A stretch of DNA of 64,000 bases, taken from contig CM060734.1 of assembly GCA_030704615.1 (NCBI GenBank), positions 38,626,001-38,690,000 of the forward strand, given 5' to 3'. Both the position numbers and the translations under genes were made by a program. Below are positions 50,560 through 63,810 of this stretch, piece by piece. This DNA is from Takakia lepidozioides (lineage: Eukaryota; Plantae; Bryophyta). The notes below the pieces were generated by a model. The model was not told the origin of the DNA, did not search any database, and worked only from the letters and a program-made list of their open reading frames with translations. Positions within the stretch are counted from its first letter, which is position 1, and every line of letters starts with the position of its first letter.

Positions 50560-52224
50560 TTTAATTCCTATGGCATGGTAGATCCTTTCTCCATCATGGT
50601 CAAACGAGACCTAATATGTTCACCAGTCAGGTCTGCAATTGACTTGTGCAGCAGGTTTGCAACATATGAAATTTCCCAAAAGCTTTCTCACAATGGCGAC
50701 TACCATCCCTTCAAGAAATGCATTTCCAAAATAGTGGAATCTCTGGCCACCGTTTTCTGCAACCAACAGACTCCATATCTGCAAGCAATCGAGCCCGGGT
50801 AATGGCCCTCCAGACATGCGCACTGATCACTACATAAGCACTGAACGTCCATCTGGTACATCCTCCAATGCTTTAGATTTGAGCTTCTTCTGCATTCGTA
50901 GATAAAAAAGAGTGCAGAGTTGTTCGGTCCGGGGCAGCCATTGCGCTAGGACCCATTGAATTGAGGCCGTAAGGATCACCCGCCAATGGTAATTTCCTAA
51001 TACAATTCGAACTTAGGGTTTCTGGGTCAGTTGGCCACTGACTCTGATGCCAATTTGATTACATTCGAGCGTGAGAGATCGGTTCCCCACGAGCAGCCTC
51101 TGCCCACGACTTCATAAATTGCTACACCGTTTCTCCATCTGAAATTGCATGGAAGTAGGCATAGCCACATTGAGGAGTGCTAAGCTAATTGTATATACTA
51201 TTAATTGCACAGTACAATCATCACCTTGACATCTAGATAAAATAAAATACGAAGTGACGCGGGGATGTATACAGGAAGAGCTCTAACCTGGGCACCGACG
51301 AGAGGGCCGCAACAAGTTCCCAAGTCCTCAAATTTGAAGGGAATTGATTCAGCAAAGTGTTGATAGGTGGAAGCCATGTTGTAATTTTTCAGCTCCCGCA
51401 CAGAGATAGGAGCTGAAGCCTCAATAAACTCCACCCCTGCATAGTTACAGTTGATGACTGCCTCCCCATCTTCCTCATGTACAAGCCTTCCTGCACAAGA
51501 TTAACCACGGTCTCCCAACGTTGTCAACGAGCCTTTCCGAAGTCAATAGCTGGTATGAGAGACTACTAGTTAGTTAATCGTACAAACAGTGTTCTTTCCG
51601 CCTTGTCATCGCTGCTCAAGGTACTAGGTACAAAGACAAGCGGCGTTTCTTCTTGGTTTGCAGTCCTGGAGAGTGCAGGGTCACTTTCTGCATGTAGCAT
51701 GTTTAGTACTTACATAGTTGGAGCTCTCAAACTATCAACAATAGTTCTAAACTACAATTTTGACTAAGCTTTTGTTACCTTGCTAGCTATGGCAGATGTG
51801 CTAACTATAGGCTAAGCTGGATGACATGGAATACTGTGGGAACCTCTTCATGACTCCTCCCATGACAAATTCCGTTTGAGGGAGATTTCCTCTGTGCTGT
51901 ATGCTGTCTACCTTTAAGACATCATATCTTCGTCCAGGTACCTTCTTTGCAGCAGAAAAGGTTCCGAAGGTAAGGATCAGCAGTACCTGCAAATGGGTAG
52001 TACTCTGCCAACGCTCTCGAGAGACTCTCCCTTAGTGTTTCATTGACCTGCTCCACGATGAGGTCTTCATTGGCCTTTGCGTCGAACAGGAAGAGACGTC
52101 TCATGGGAGGAAGTTTTAGCATGCAGAGATCAAAGCTGGTAAGTGGCAACCGCTGGAACTCTTGGCTAGGACGAGGCGTTGGAGCCACCAAGGTTGTCGA
52201 TAGGATAGTCACTTCCACTTCCAT
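50560..52224 (-). pseudogene. BAHD acyltransferase pseudogene; exons 52224-51987 and 51490-51288 clean, 3' part degenerate
   Basis: MEVEVTILSTTLVAP..LTSFD..LRESLSRALAEYYPFAG|RLV..INCNYAGVEFIEA..PLVGAQ. HxxxD motif HAISDG is followed by an in-frame TAG then FMKSWAE. SAYVVISAHVWRAITRAR. Frameshifts; no DFGWG found. Confidence 0.85.
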
Positions 52225-53805
52225 TGTTGGTTTCGTCGACTCCACCGGGCCTCTCTCCAGTCCTCGAAAGTTTGTGGACCCTGTGAGCTAGGTGCAAGTT
52301 GCACGACAGGAATCTAGAGTCAAAGAATAAGAAACTGATTGAATGTCATGTAGACGAGAATCTTGCTTATTAGGGCGAGTTTCAGTTGGGGATAAACGGA
52401 TAAACCATAAGGATGGCTACCTTTTTTGGGTCGCCTTGAAATCTGTACGAGTAGAGACTTGGAATCCGCCAAAAGTGTTTGATGTGACGACGAGGCCACA
52501 CAAAATTCGAGACTACGTTATTAGAAGGGCTTGTCTGCCCGCGTAGGATGGGACGTGGCAGGCGGGCAGGTTGGAGGCCAGGCATCCCGGCACTATCCAA
52601 TCTGTGTCTGGGACATAGTAGTGCAAGTTCAGCAGCTCATCATGTTTTAGGCGTTGTAGCTTGAATGCTTCTTGTCAGGAGGAGAAACAAGTAAGAACGA
52701 TATTGAGGATAGGCACAGACAGACATTTGTACACCCATATAAGCTCATATCCGAAGATCTGCAACTGGGTCGAGGGAGGAAGGAAGACCCGCAAGTTCGA
52801 AGTATCTCACCTCGTAACTTCGATTTTGAGGATATTCGAATGCTATCAGGTTCCGAAACATCTTACACATCCAGTTTTGAGGAGACACATTGACGTTCTC
52901 GCTTCCAGTTTAGACCCAAACAAAAAAAGATCTTAGCATATTCATAGCAGCTTGTAAGATTGAGTCGCAAGTACTTGGATACTGCGCCAACTCCCCCCTC
53001 TCTGGATCCTACAACTGCAAAACTGGCACACGGTCATGCCATTAATGAAATAAAACGATGGAGGGACATTTGACGGTCTGAATTTGTACACTATGGATCA
53101 GTAGATACCCCACAACTCCCATGCTTAATCCATAAGTGAAAGCCATGATAAGGCAATCTCTCACTTTCAGAGAAATTGAAACTCCAACCAACTTAATGGT
53201 TCTGCCCCATGCAGCACAAGTGACCTGCAAACAAGTACAGCCAAATGAATGCCTTGCGCAAAATGAGAGATTTGTGCACAGCTAGCTAGTTACGGAGATA
53301 TGACGCTTGAGGGTCCAACAGGAGCCCTATTTGTGTCGCCTTGAGAGCTAAACCAACTAGTATCTATTCTTTATCTAATGATATCCAGGTGACGCCTGGA
53401 CTAAGACTTAGCATGAGTACTATCCCAGGATTTTCTCCCTAGACACTTGACATGCAAGCTTTGATTGATGTACAAGTTGGTACGAAGATCCCCGCTCAGC
53501 CCGCGTGGTGCATGATGTGAACAGCCTTGTCTTTGGATGAGAATGATGTTTGTGCAGGGACCAGTGGGGATTGAGGAGAACCACATAGGAACCCAACTGA
53601 GGGATCCAACCGGGAACATTGACAGTGAGGACTCCAGCTCTGACCATTCTGGACGTGACTCAGATGAAGATGATTGATGCTACATCTGAATCCATGACAC
53701 AATAATGTACCATGGACTTGTCGCTTGGTCTCTTCTCAATTTGATGCTTGAGGTAAGTACTGAGTACATTTAGATGTTACTTCCAATTTTGCGGTTGGGT
53801 GTAAT

Positions 53806-54435
53806 GTGTTGGGACTGTTATCAGGATATTAACAGTAGGATATCAACTCGGATATCAACCTATCTGGACCCCGTCATTTTTTAGGATCCGGGTTAGATGC
53901 ATAACCTGCGGCGGTGTTTTTTTGTACATATTTCCAAAATCGCTGGCGGGGCCACCTGTGAATTCTACGCAGTGCCCATGTGGCGAGAATATCGAGGTGG
54001 CAGAGTTAGAAAATTGGCTATATTCCAGGTGTCACGTTTTAACTGGTCCACTAATCCCCTGAAATTTATCTGCTGCTGCTTTTTGGCGAAAAAATCGGAT
54101 TTTACCCCCCATAATTCCTTTGTACAAGTAGCTGACGTAGTTTCGTAGATTCCAGGTCGAAATTTGGCGATTTTTTGCCAGAAAGAAAAACACTGACGTA
54201 CGGACTTACTTGAAAATATGAAAAAAAAAGTTCTACAAGAGGGGTAATACCCAACAGATATCCGGCCAATACCCATCAATACATGGCAGATCTCAGCCCT
54301 AAACTTAATAACCGGATGCATACCCGGATCCGCTGTTTTTATGTTGGTAATACCCGGAATCGGCAGATATCTAAAACCAAAAGTGTAATACCCAAAAAAC
54401 GGCAGATATTCAAAGTTATTATTATCCCAACACTG
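53806..54435. mobile_element. Non-autonomous hAT element with damaged left end
   Basis: Right end TCCCAACACTG|GTAATCTC. Left end GTAAT|GTGTTGGGA, consistent with a 5-bp deletion across the TSD/TIR junction. Confidence 0.7.
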
Positions 54436-55084
54436 GTAATCTCCTTTTATTGTGCCCCAGTATTGGAAACTGGCATAGCATGTGCACCATGATAGGGTGT
54501 AACTCCCCAGAACACGACACCGACCCTCAAACTTCAGACTTTCAGACAACACAAAGCTCAACTCTCCGTGACCGAGCAAGTGAGATGATCTCATTGTGGC
54601 TTACACTTCTGTTCTCCAAACTTGATACACAGTTGTTCGAGAGCCTCTGTTACCTGACCTAGAAAGGACTTGAGGCTATGGAAGCACACTGGTTACAGAA
54701 ATTACGACTACCTGTATAGTAATTGCTGCTTCATGTGGCAAGAGTGATGAAGTGGTTATCTTTTTCACAAAGCCCCTACAATTAGTAGGGCATAAAATGT
54801 GTATAAAGTTGAACTCATCTTACACTTGTACAATGCCAGCCTGTTGGCTTAACTTTTTGAACAATAGAGGCATCCACCTAATGGCCTTAGCATCTGGTCA
54901 CAATGCCATCCTTTGCTAAAGCCCATGCCCCTGTGATGCAGTAACTCGTTGTATCACACAACTTGCCATATGTCTCCTGGCACCAAAGCAAAGCGATCCC
55001 TTGATGATTTTTAGTGTAGAAATGTTCCGGATCAGAGGTGAAGGGAAATTTAATGGCAAGAGAGAGATAGACAGACAATAGTGG

Positions 55085-58000
55085 TTAGAATCGGTCATCA
55101 TCAAGCTCAAAGCCCTCAGCAGCTAACAGTTGCTGAACTAATTTCTTCTTTGCCTCGTCGTCTGCTTTTTTCCTCAACAAATCTCTTTTTTTCAATACAA
55201 GAGTGTGACGTTTGATGGTCGTTTCAAAGTTCTCTACAGATGCTGCCTTCTCACGGGCCAGAATCCGACGTTCCTCTTCTGGGTCCACCTGCGTGCACCT
55301 CTCCAAATCCTTAGGTCATGAACAAGAATTTATTGCTAGTTTCTCTATCTCTCCTTCCCTTCCTACTCCTGTATCTCTATATAAACCCATGTTTATGGTT
55401 AGAGGCCACAGTAACCACTGCTTTCTATGTGCACCTCCCTCTCTCCCTCTCCGACACTCTCAGCAAGGGGAAATCTCGAGGCTGAGCCTGGAGCCCTGGC
55501 CCTGTTGGGGTCTAAGTTCTGGGCTGCTCACACACAGAAGATTGATGCTTGTGTGAAGGGTTTCTGGAGGATATCTGGAAAGCCCGAACTAATTGTTCGT
55601 TTCAAGGTAAGTCCCACTACTAGAGTGAGCCCCTCACAAAGGTAGTGTCTACTCCCTCTGTTTCCGTCCAAACTGGCCGCAGGGTTTACAGCCACAGGCT
55701 ACGGCAAACAAAGTCTCATGAGTACATTCTCTGCAAGGGGAATCCACCAAGTTCCAACTCTCCAGTCACAAACCCTACTGAACCCTAAAACAAACTCCTC
55801 CTATACCCAGCAATGCTTGGCCGCCCCAAAGTCTCATTGTCTCTGACAATGAGGCTACCCCAAGGAAAATATTACGAAAGAACGCAGGTAGGTTTTAAGT
55901 TTGCCTGCAGAAAACAATGTTTGTGTAACTTCGCATGTCACCTTACACTAACATCAATTGTTGTTAGATTGTGCCATTGTCAAAAGCTTGATCAGCTTGA
56001 TAAGTTAAAATTCACCCTACCTGACTCCGTGATTGCAGAAAAGAGAGAGAATGCACTCATGCCATCCCCTGCACAAATTGGCTTGCCATAGCCTTATGGT
56101 CATCCCTCCCAGAGCCGTTTATGGAGTTTGCACCCACCAGGGTTTAGCTTATCCTTGCAGCTTGGCTGCAATAGTAAACTTATTTTCCCACATACTGCCT
56201 TTAAGGCCCTCACAGAGGCACTTGCAAACTCAACAGCCCAGTTGCAGAGTTATTGATTTTTGTTTCTTAGTCCTGCGTTTACCACACAAATGACATGCAT
56301 GGGGAAGGCATCTGCCTGTCACTCTGGGTTGTGTGAAGAGCAAGAAAAGAGAGAGAGAACAGGGGAGAGGAGGGGTACGCCTCAGGAACCCTGCAGGGTT
56401 GCGAGGTTCAAAGACACCTGTACAGTTTGCTTCTTAAGTACAGAAGACAAAGCAGATAAGGTTACCTTATGTCGGGAAAGACGGCGTGCTTTAAGATTCA
56501 TGTCACGCTGCTGCTGCTCAGCCCAAACAGTAACTGCCATGTCACCACGCTGCTCAAAGGCCTTTTTCTTCTTAATGACCCATTCCATCCATGCTTTTGA
56601 TGCCTGCCATGAACCAACAAATAGTTTTAGCAAGCGCCTACATAAAAGTGCAGATCTCACAGGAAGTGAATTGGAGAGAAGGCCATAATGTAATGTAATA
56701 AGAACAAATTGATGGCCATCCTCATTTTAACCCTCTTGTCAGCTACCTGCAGGGAGTAACATAGGTGAGAGGTGTGGCACTATCTGAGGGCATTAGGATG
56801 GTGTATGAACACAAATATCCTCCCAATTTGGCCTCATTCCACATTCGGGTCGGAAATTTTGGTCCAGGATATAGTGTGGCTGCTACAAAAAACAAGATTA
56901 GGGGACCCATGTAGAACAGGATTATGCTTGCACCTTTAAAGGGTTGCTACGGTGGTCAGAATCATATTGGCGGCGCAAATCATGATCCATGAGCAGCTCA
57001 TATGCAGCCTGGATCCGAATGAAGCGAGACTCTGCTGTCTCTCCCTCATTTAGCTCTCCACGAGTGTTGTCATACACTGTACACAATACCCCCTACTCTC
57101 AATTTAGTTTTGATCACATGACAGATACCTTCAGGTTGCATGTTCAACCAGCTGCCAATTGAAAACGTGCATATTTAAGAGCATCAGGCATTTTGTGCCC
57201 ATCCACTAGCTATTTATCCGTGGCTCACACAACCATATGGTACCTAAACATGGGCACCTGTTCGATTTTTGCAGTATTGAACTTCCTTGCCAATTCCCGC
57301 ACTAGAAGTCCCAGCCACAACAAATTCCAGATGTTCCACATGAGTATAGTGTACTTAAATGAGCTAAAAAAGGTGTTTAATGCCTTAGCTTAGGCTGTTA
57401 CCTTGATATACTTGTTGAATGTTGGCAGTGACGACGATTTCCTTGATTCTGCTTTATGCCATGGCAGACAGAAGCGAAACAGAAATACACGCCTTACAAC
57501 CAGACAATACATACAGAAAACAGTAATAGGGATGGTAGCAACCATCAGGATGGAACTGCTTGGCCATTTGTCGATATGCCACCTTGATTCCTTCTTCATC
57601 TGCATCCCTTTCAACACCTGCATACCCACATGATGGGACTTCCATATTCAAAGATGAGGAAAAAGGAGGCCATCAAAGGACAACAGAGAGAGCTCAAAGT
57701 GAGAGAGAACGTACTGATGAGACGTCGTTTGCCATAGCCTTGTGGCCATAGACCCCACGCCCAGTTTGGGCGGAAAGAGAGGGAGAGAGAGAGACAGATC
57801 AGAAGGCAACTTTAGACCGGTGAACTGGCATGATAAGCTGGAGGAAGGAGCAAGATGTTCAACATTTCCTGCAGAGGTGGGATTTTAGGGTGCAAATAAG
57901 ATTCTGAATGAGAAAAACTTCTTGAAGTCTGCTCTGAGTCAAAGAGTTTAGTGTAAGGCTGATTGAAATCAAGACCACTATTGGGACACTCAATCAAGTG

Positions 58001-58829
58001 ACCGAGGGTATGGTTCATACCACATGCTAATCAACTGCAATCTGAGGCAGCCATTCAAAACTTAGACTCAGAGATTTGCAGGAAAGAATTGCAATAACAG
58101 CAAGAGACAAATTGGCAATTCTGAAAGCTGCAATTGTTGCCTGTCATCATCACTTCACAAACCATGTCCAGGACCAGCATTCACAACCCAAGGTCTTTGC
58201 CCTGCTAACAGACAAAAGGTGGGGTTTCACAAAAGTTGCAGTGATGCCAAACCACTAGACAATTGTGGGGAAAGGGAGCAGCTGAACTTATACAAAACTG
58301 GCAGGTACATAGTTCCCCAGTTCTATGTTTCTGGTCGGCATAAGATGAGCAAACACCGCATACAATTTCAAAGAGAAAATATTCCAAGTTTACTTTCTTC
58401 AACCCAAAACTGAATGTGTGTTAGATCTGCTCTCTCTGCTATGTGGAAAAACCAACAGAATTGATGCCCCAAAATTACACCAAAGACAAACCCTTCAACG
58501 GATCTCATCCCTTCTCTCTTCCCGTTTTACTCACCAAGGGTTTCGTAAGGCGATTGCTCTTCATCCCACGCCGTAGTCCTACTTGACCACATACGAAAAG
58601 GTCGTCGTTGATGTACCTCCTCTCCTGACCACTTCCATTGTCTTCCACTTGAATACGGACTAGGATTACGGCAGAATTCGGCCAAGAAACTCAAGCCGCG
58701 AGATGGCTTACAGTCTAATTTGATGTGACACAGACCATATCCGTACCTCGCGATTAAACGAGGGCATACTGAAGGGAAGGGAATTGCAGACAGGGGAGAC
58801 GAATTCGAGAGCACACGCAAGCCTGCCAT
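55085..58829 (-). CDS. NdhT: Chloroplast NDH complex subunit T (J-domain protein CRRJ); exons 58829-58535, 57617-57543, 57076-56934, 56603-56466, 55288-55085; 284 aa
   Basis: Transit-peptide-like N-terminus, then SPYETLG|VERDADEEGIKVAYRQMAKQFHPD|VYD..GETAESRFIRIQAAYELLMD..NPLK|ASKAWMEW..KKKKAFEQRGDMAV..WAEQQQ..|VDPEEERRILAREK..KRHTLVLKKRDL..QLLAAEGFELD. All junctions GT-AG, 855 nt in frame. Confidence 0.93.
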
Positions 58830-59814
58830 AGCCTGAATACGGCCCCCGCTTTGCCTCCCTTCCCACGATGATCTTATCCTCACTCCAGTTTTGGAGTTAA
58901 GCAAACCCAACTCGCAATTTCAAAACACCACCGTGCGATGGGCAACCTTGACGAATCTTTGCCGTTGGTATCGACTCTATACTCCACGAAACTGTCTTTA
59001 TAGAAAATGATGGACGGGTCACAGCCAAGGTACAGATATTGCATTTGATGTTGCTGTGAACCCTATATTGGGACGCACAAACCCCAAATCCTTGATGCTG
59101 CCGCTTCATCTCTACCAGCTCTTGGAACTCATATTCGTCTCCTCTAGTCTTACAATTCGGTGTGTATATTAGGGTTTACGGAAACCAAGGTGGTTGGTCA
59201 CATGCGTGTGTCAAACGTTCACGTTGGTATGCAGATCATTCTCCTCCTAAACATTCAGTGATTTGGGTACAACTACCCAACCAAATCGTTGTAAGGATCC
59301 CGGGAAAATAATGCTCATTTGGGAGGGAGTGGAGATATAGTATCCGAATTGAACATCTTATTGTGCTTCAGATTGCAGTCTTATGTTGCAGGTGTAATAA
59401 GATTGGCAAACAGTCCATTGGAGCTTCTCTGAATATTTCAATTCTTAGCTAAATCGGCGAGGTTGAACACACCAACTTCAAGTAAACACCAGTGGCAGAA
59501 ACAAAGTGGTTTATGTACTGGAACATGTGCTAGGGAATACAGTAAACATTTGACTCATTTCTGGAAATCTTTTCATGAGCCTCGATGCGTGCAAGAAATG
59601 GATCCTAGTTTCAGCAGGCAAAGACATCAAATTTGCCAGAGCCAGCTAATTGCGAAGTGGGGTGTCCCAATGCTCAATGCAACCCATCTACAAGTGGCTA
59701 CCTTAAACATAAGATGTTACACAGCACTTCAGCAGAAACAACTAAGTAACATTTCGGCCCCCATAGTGCTCCCCTTCCTTTGGCCACCTACTCGTCATCA
59801 GGAGACTGCACTGC

Positions 59815-62306
59815 TTACTCTGTTTTCTTGACCTTTTCTGCCCGTGGAGCATAGGCTGCGATTTGGGCACAAACTATCCCGTTGGTGCAGAGTCCGAGGA
59901 GACTTCCAACAAGCACTTTTTCCTCCATCAAGGACACAAATGTAATCTCCAAGATACCAAGATATGGACTTCAGATCATGAGACTGCACGAATGAAATGA
60001 AATTCTTGTCCTACTCTCCTTTATCTTCTTTCTTTTTAAAGCACCATCTCATTTCATTTCTCTCAATTTCTGTATGGCACATTTCTGGCTTGAATTTTGG
60101 ATCGCCCATGTTAGGTCTAACTTATGTCATGTGACCTACATGGCAGGTTTGTTGTAGTGACTTATTGGCTACTCCACAACCACATTGGTGCAACCAATGC
60201 TTCTTCCACCCAGGGGACTGTGATTTCAAGATTTTGAGCCAAGTCCATGTTGCACCCGCAATGAAGTTCCTGCACTTCCTTTCTGGTGCCACAGCCTGGT
60301 TTGTTGGAGGTTGGAATCCACTACAGCAACATTTCCAATCAGTTATTGAAAGAGTAGAAGTGGCCAGTAGCTGCTACCAGATTCTTTCTTACAGCATACC
60401 AAAAAGAACAAATGCAGCCGATAGCACAGGAGTTTTATGAGGAACTGTAAGGATACTGCTGACAGGGGCTTGTTCTTGAATGCTTGTAAAGGTTCGCACT
60501 GCATCAACAAATATATTCTCAGAAATTAGAAAATCACAACCATGTGATAGTCAAAGCTCAAAGAAACTTGGGACGAGAGAAAGAGAAAGGCACGCACCAA
60601 CACAGCCACCAAAGGCCATGAAGCTTGTCAGAAAACTCAATTGCCCTGTACTCTTATTCTGCACATTTTTCCAAATACCACCAAACAAATCAGCCATGTT
60701 TAGTGTTGATAGCTCTAACCGCTGAGCCACTAGAGAAGCAAATCTCAATTTATAACGAAGAAGTTATTGTAGCTTTAAGTTTTGTAGGTTTTGTTATATT
60801 TAGTCAAAAAACCTTTAGTCTCGAAACCAATAGAAGCTTGTTATCATGGACCTTTAGGCTGTACTTCCAAGATATACAGAAAATTAATTCTTCATTCTTC
60901 CAGAGAGAGAAAGAGAGAGAATACACACCTGGAAGTTTTCATTGATTTGTGGTAGTCTGGCAAAAAAGAATATGGCATGCTGACAAGCCTGGTGCCAAAT
61001 CAAATGCCGTCACAAGGGGTCAGGTTTCCAGTTCTAAAAATAATGCCCTTGTACTATTCAAGAGAAGGGGGAGCAACAATACGGCTTATTATGTGTATCC
61101 TTAGAAGATGACCGCTGGATTCATCATTACAAAACAATTTGAAAGAGAGGAGCAGAAGTACAATAACATCACTCAACAAGATAATCAGAAATGCGTAGGC
61201 ACTCACATATAAGGTCTCAAAGAGTGTAGGATCCAATCGACCCGCGAGTATGGTTGGTGCAATAGCACAATAGCTTCAGATTGGATTAAGGACAGTATTA
61301 AAAACAATAATAGACAATCTACCAATAAGTGTCAGTGAACCAATTACCAAAAGAGAGGGTGCGGGAGAGCGAGAGAGGCTTCATAAAGTAACATAAGCAA
61401 TAGACTCATATCAGTTCAGTGAGGATACAGCGCAGACTTGAGCCAAACACCCTTGCCCAACTTTGGGGAGTAATAGTAGATCAGCGACAAACAAAATAAT
61501 GCTGTAATAGTCAATCAGACAATTCAATTCAATGACCAAAACCATTCACTTCCCTCAGCATTTGTGGGCTGCAATTATATGACTCTTCACTTGCTCACCA
61601 CTTTTAGAGTTACGTTCCAACTGGAGGTTGAGTTATGCATCAACAAAGTACCAAATCCTTCTATTAAATTTCATCTATTGAGATTGAAAAACTCAGATAC
61701 GAAAGTATCTTATCCTAGAGCAATGTTCAATGGCACTAACAGGTATATGTGCCGGGGTGAGGGGTCCGAGGGGAGTAGAAAGTGACGGAGGCAAGGAGAG
61801 AGATGAGCCATACATTGCAGAAGAATGAATACAATCTCTCCATAGGCAGAGAATGGGAGGCGCTTGAACAGACAGTATGCCAGTGCAATCGTGAAACCCG
61901 CCACTTCCAGCTCAAATGATGGCACACTTAGCCCTCTAATACTCTTATTTCTCATAATCAAGTAGATCTGCAAACGCTCGCACTCCCGCATCAGCTGAAG
62001 AAAACCCTAATTCGAAATTGAAACAACCTAGCCAAACCCACCGGAAATGTGCAGTCGTTGCCTCCTCTAATCTTTGCATAATCATTGATCCTTCAAGCAT
62101 CAAAGCGGAAACATGAACATGATTGTAAGCCAAGCGAGAGGGGAAGAGGCCACCTGAGGCACTTTGAGGAAGACAGAGCTAACAACAATGGCGTAGCCAA
62201 GAAACTTGGACAGCAATGGAAGAACACATTCGTTCTCGGGGATCTGGTACTTCTCGATCGCATCAAAGACACAAGTGTAATTCATGCCTACCGATTCCAG
62301 CTTCAT
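59815..62306 (-). CDS. MPDU1: Mannose-P-dolichol utilization defect 1 homolog (PQ-loop); exons 62306-62154, 61967-61814, 61501-61429, 61273-61207, 60988-60929, 60658-60598, 60498-60457, 59915-59815; 236 aa
   Basis: [23 protein letters not shown]|[26 protein letters not shown]..; [11 protein letters not shown]; ARLPQI; [11 protein letters not shown]..; VRTFTSIQE; C-terminal KKTE ER-retrieval signal. 711 nt in frame. Confidence 0.95.
59916..60456 (-). other. U12-type (minor spliceosome) GT-AG intron, MPDU1 intron 7
   Basis: 5'SS GTATCCTTA. Branch point TCCTTGAT (59934-59927) about 10 nt before AG. No polypyrimidine tract. Confidence 0.88.
61274..61428 (-). other. U12-type (minor spliceosome) GT-AG intron, MPDU1 intron 3
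   Basis: 5'SS GTATCCTC. Branch point TCCTTAAT (61292-61285) about 10 nt before AG. No polypyrimidine tract. Confidence 0.85.
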
Positions 62307-63469
62307 CTTTTATTCTTGAACACACTCTGCTACTTCTCTCAGCCTCCCGCACCGTATACTAATTTTCGCAACTTAACTCTAATCACCCTCACTCTTTCTT
62401 CCTTTATTCTTTCTTTCTTTCTCAGATCTTCAGTGCAGAATCTGACCCAAGCCAGAACGGAATTGATGGGGATGGAATCTGCAAACACGAAGAAATCTGA
62501 TGCAAGTGAGGTTTTACAACGCTCTGGCAATCCGCGCAGCCCACAGCAGCGACCGCTCAGACACGTGGTACAATATTATTCGTTTTGGTTCCAGTTGGCG
62601 CTCATTTGCTCAATGTTCGCTTTGAGGGCGCTTCTGCATTCTGCACCACTCGGCAACTCTCTACCCACCTGCGCATCTTGTGCGGTTCCAATTGCAAATG
62701 ACCCTAGCTTCTAAAAACCCCTAAAAGACCACCATCTGCAAATTCAACTGGAACAATCTGCTGAACATGCCTCCATCAAATGGTGAATAAGATCTTGTGC
62801 ACACCAGGCACATAGGTGATAGTTGTTTCACTGACTATTCTTCTTGCTGCAGGATTTCACCATGGGGACAGAATTGTGCCCCTCTGGCTGCAAAGGGGAA
62901 AGGCAGAGGTCCCAATGCAAAAGTGGAAATGGGGGTGATTTGCTCAGCAAGGAGGCCAGTCACGTCAGATGCACGGGTGTCGTTAGTGGAGCAGGTGCGG
63001 AGGCTATCCTGCTCCTCACCAAATTGGGCAAGCTAATGATTGTTTCCTTTAGGGTTATAATTCTCTGCGTGCATGCATCGGAGTTCGCCGGTTACATGAA
63101 TTGACCTTTGGTCTCGTTGTGAGGGAATTGAATCACGTGAATCGATGACATGTCTGTTCTGCCATCTGTGTGTGTTGCTTTCCCTTTGACTCATCCTTTG
63201 AGCTTCCCTTAACGAAGTCTAAGGGTGGGGGACACTAATCTGGAGATTGGGTGAAATGCAACTCCAGCACTGTGTTTCATTTCTGAGGATCATATTTAGG
63301 CCCCACAGTTGTTTTGAACTCTGCTCTCACATTTCTGCCTTATTTGAAAGGGATTTTCAGACCTCCATCTGGTTTAGAGAACAGTGGACTTACAGCAAGA
63401 CTCAGTTGGTAAATTCGTTTGAAGGTGACTGATCCTTCATGGTTAATTCTCGAGCAGATGGATTTGCTG

Positions 63470-63810
63470 CAGCTCCTTACATGGGAGCATGCAGAGAGAA
63501 CACCTGTAAATGTGCTACTGTTGGCTTCAGACCTTTCTGTCGCATTTGTCCAAATAGCTGTAGAGCCTCCCTGCCACAACCATCCTGGCCATATCCTGTT
63601 ATGATCGCATTCCATATCCTCACATCTCCTGAAGCCATATCCTCAAACACTTGATGCACATCCTTCATGCTCTTACCCTTGGCATACATGTTGACAAGGG
63701 CAGTCTCCACAATGATATGGCAGCTTTGATGATTTCGGCACGGACCTCTTTGCCCTTTTCCAGGGCTGCCAGGCTCACACATGAGAATCCATCGAGAACT
63801 TTGTGTTGAA
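63470..63810 (-). pseudogene. PLS-class PPR pseudogene fragment
   Basis: VETALVNMYAK..VFEDM..DVRIWNAIITGYGQDGCGREALQLFGQMRQKGLKP and TFTGVLSACSH in shifted frames. Confidence 0.88.

Noticed and set aside
53965-54594. 209-aa minus-strand ORF
   Set aside because: Runs through a non-coding hAT MITE and its flank, so likely a chance ORF.
62085-62714. 209-aa plus-strand ORF
   Set aside because: Antisense to MPDU1 exon 1 and leader, non-ATG start, no domain.
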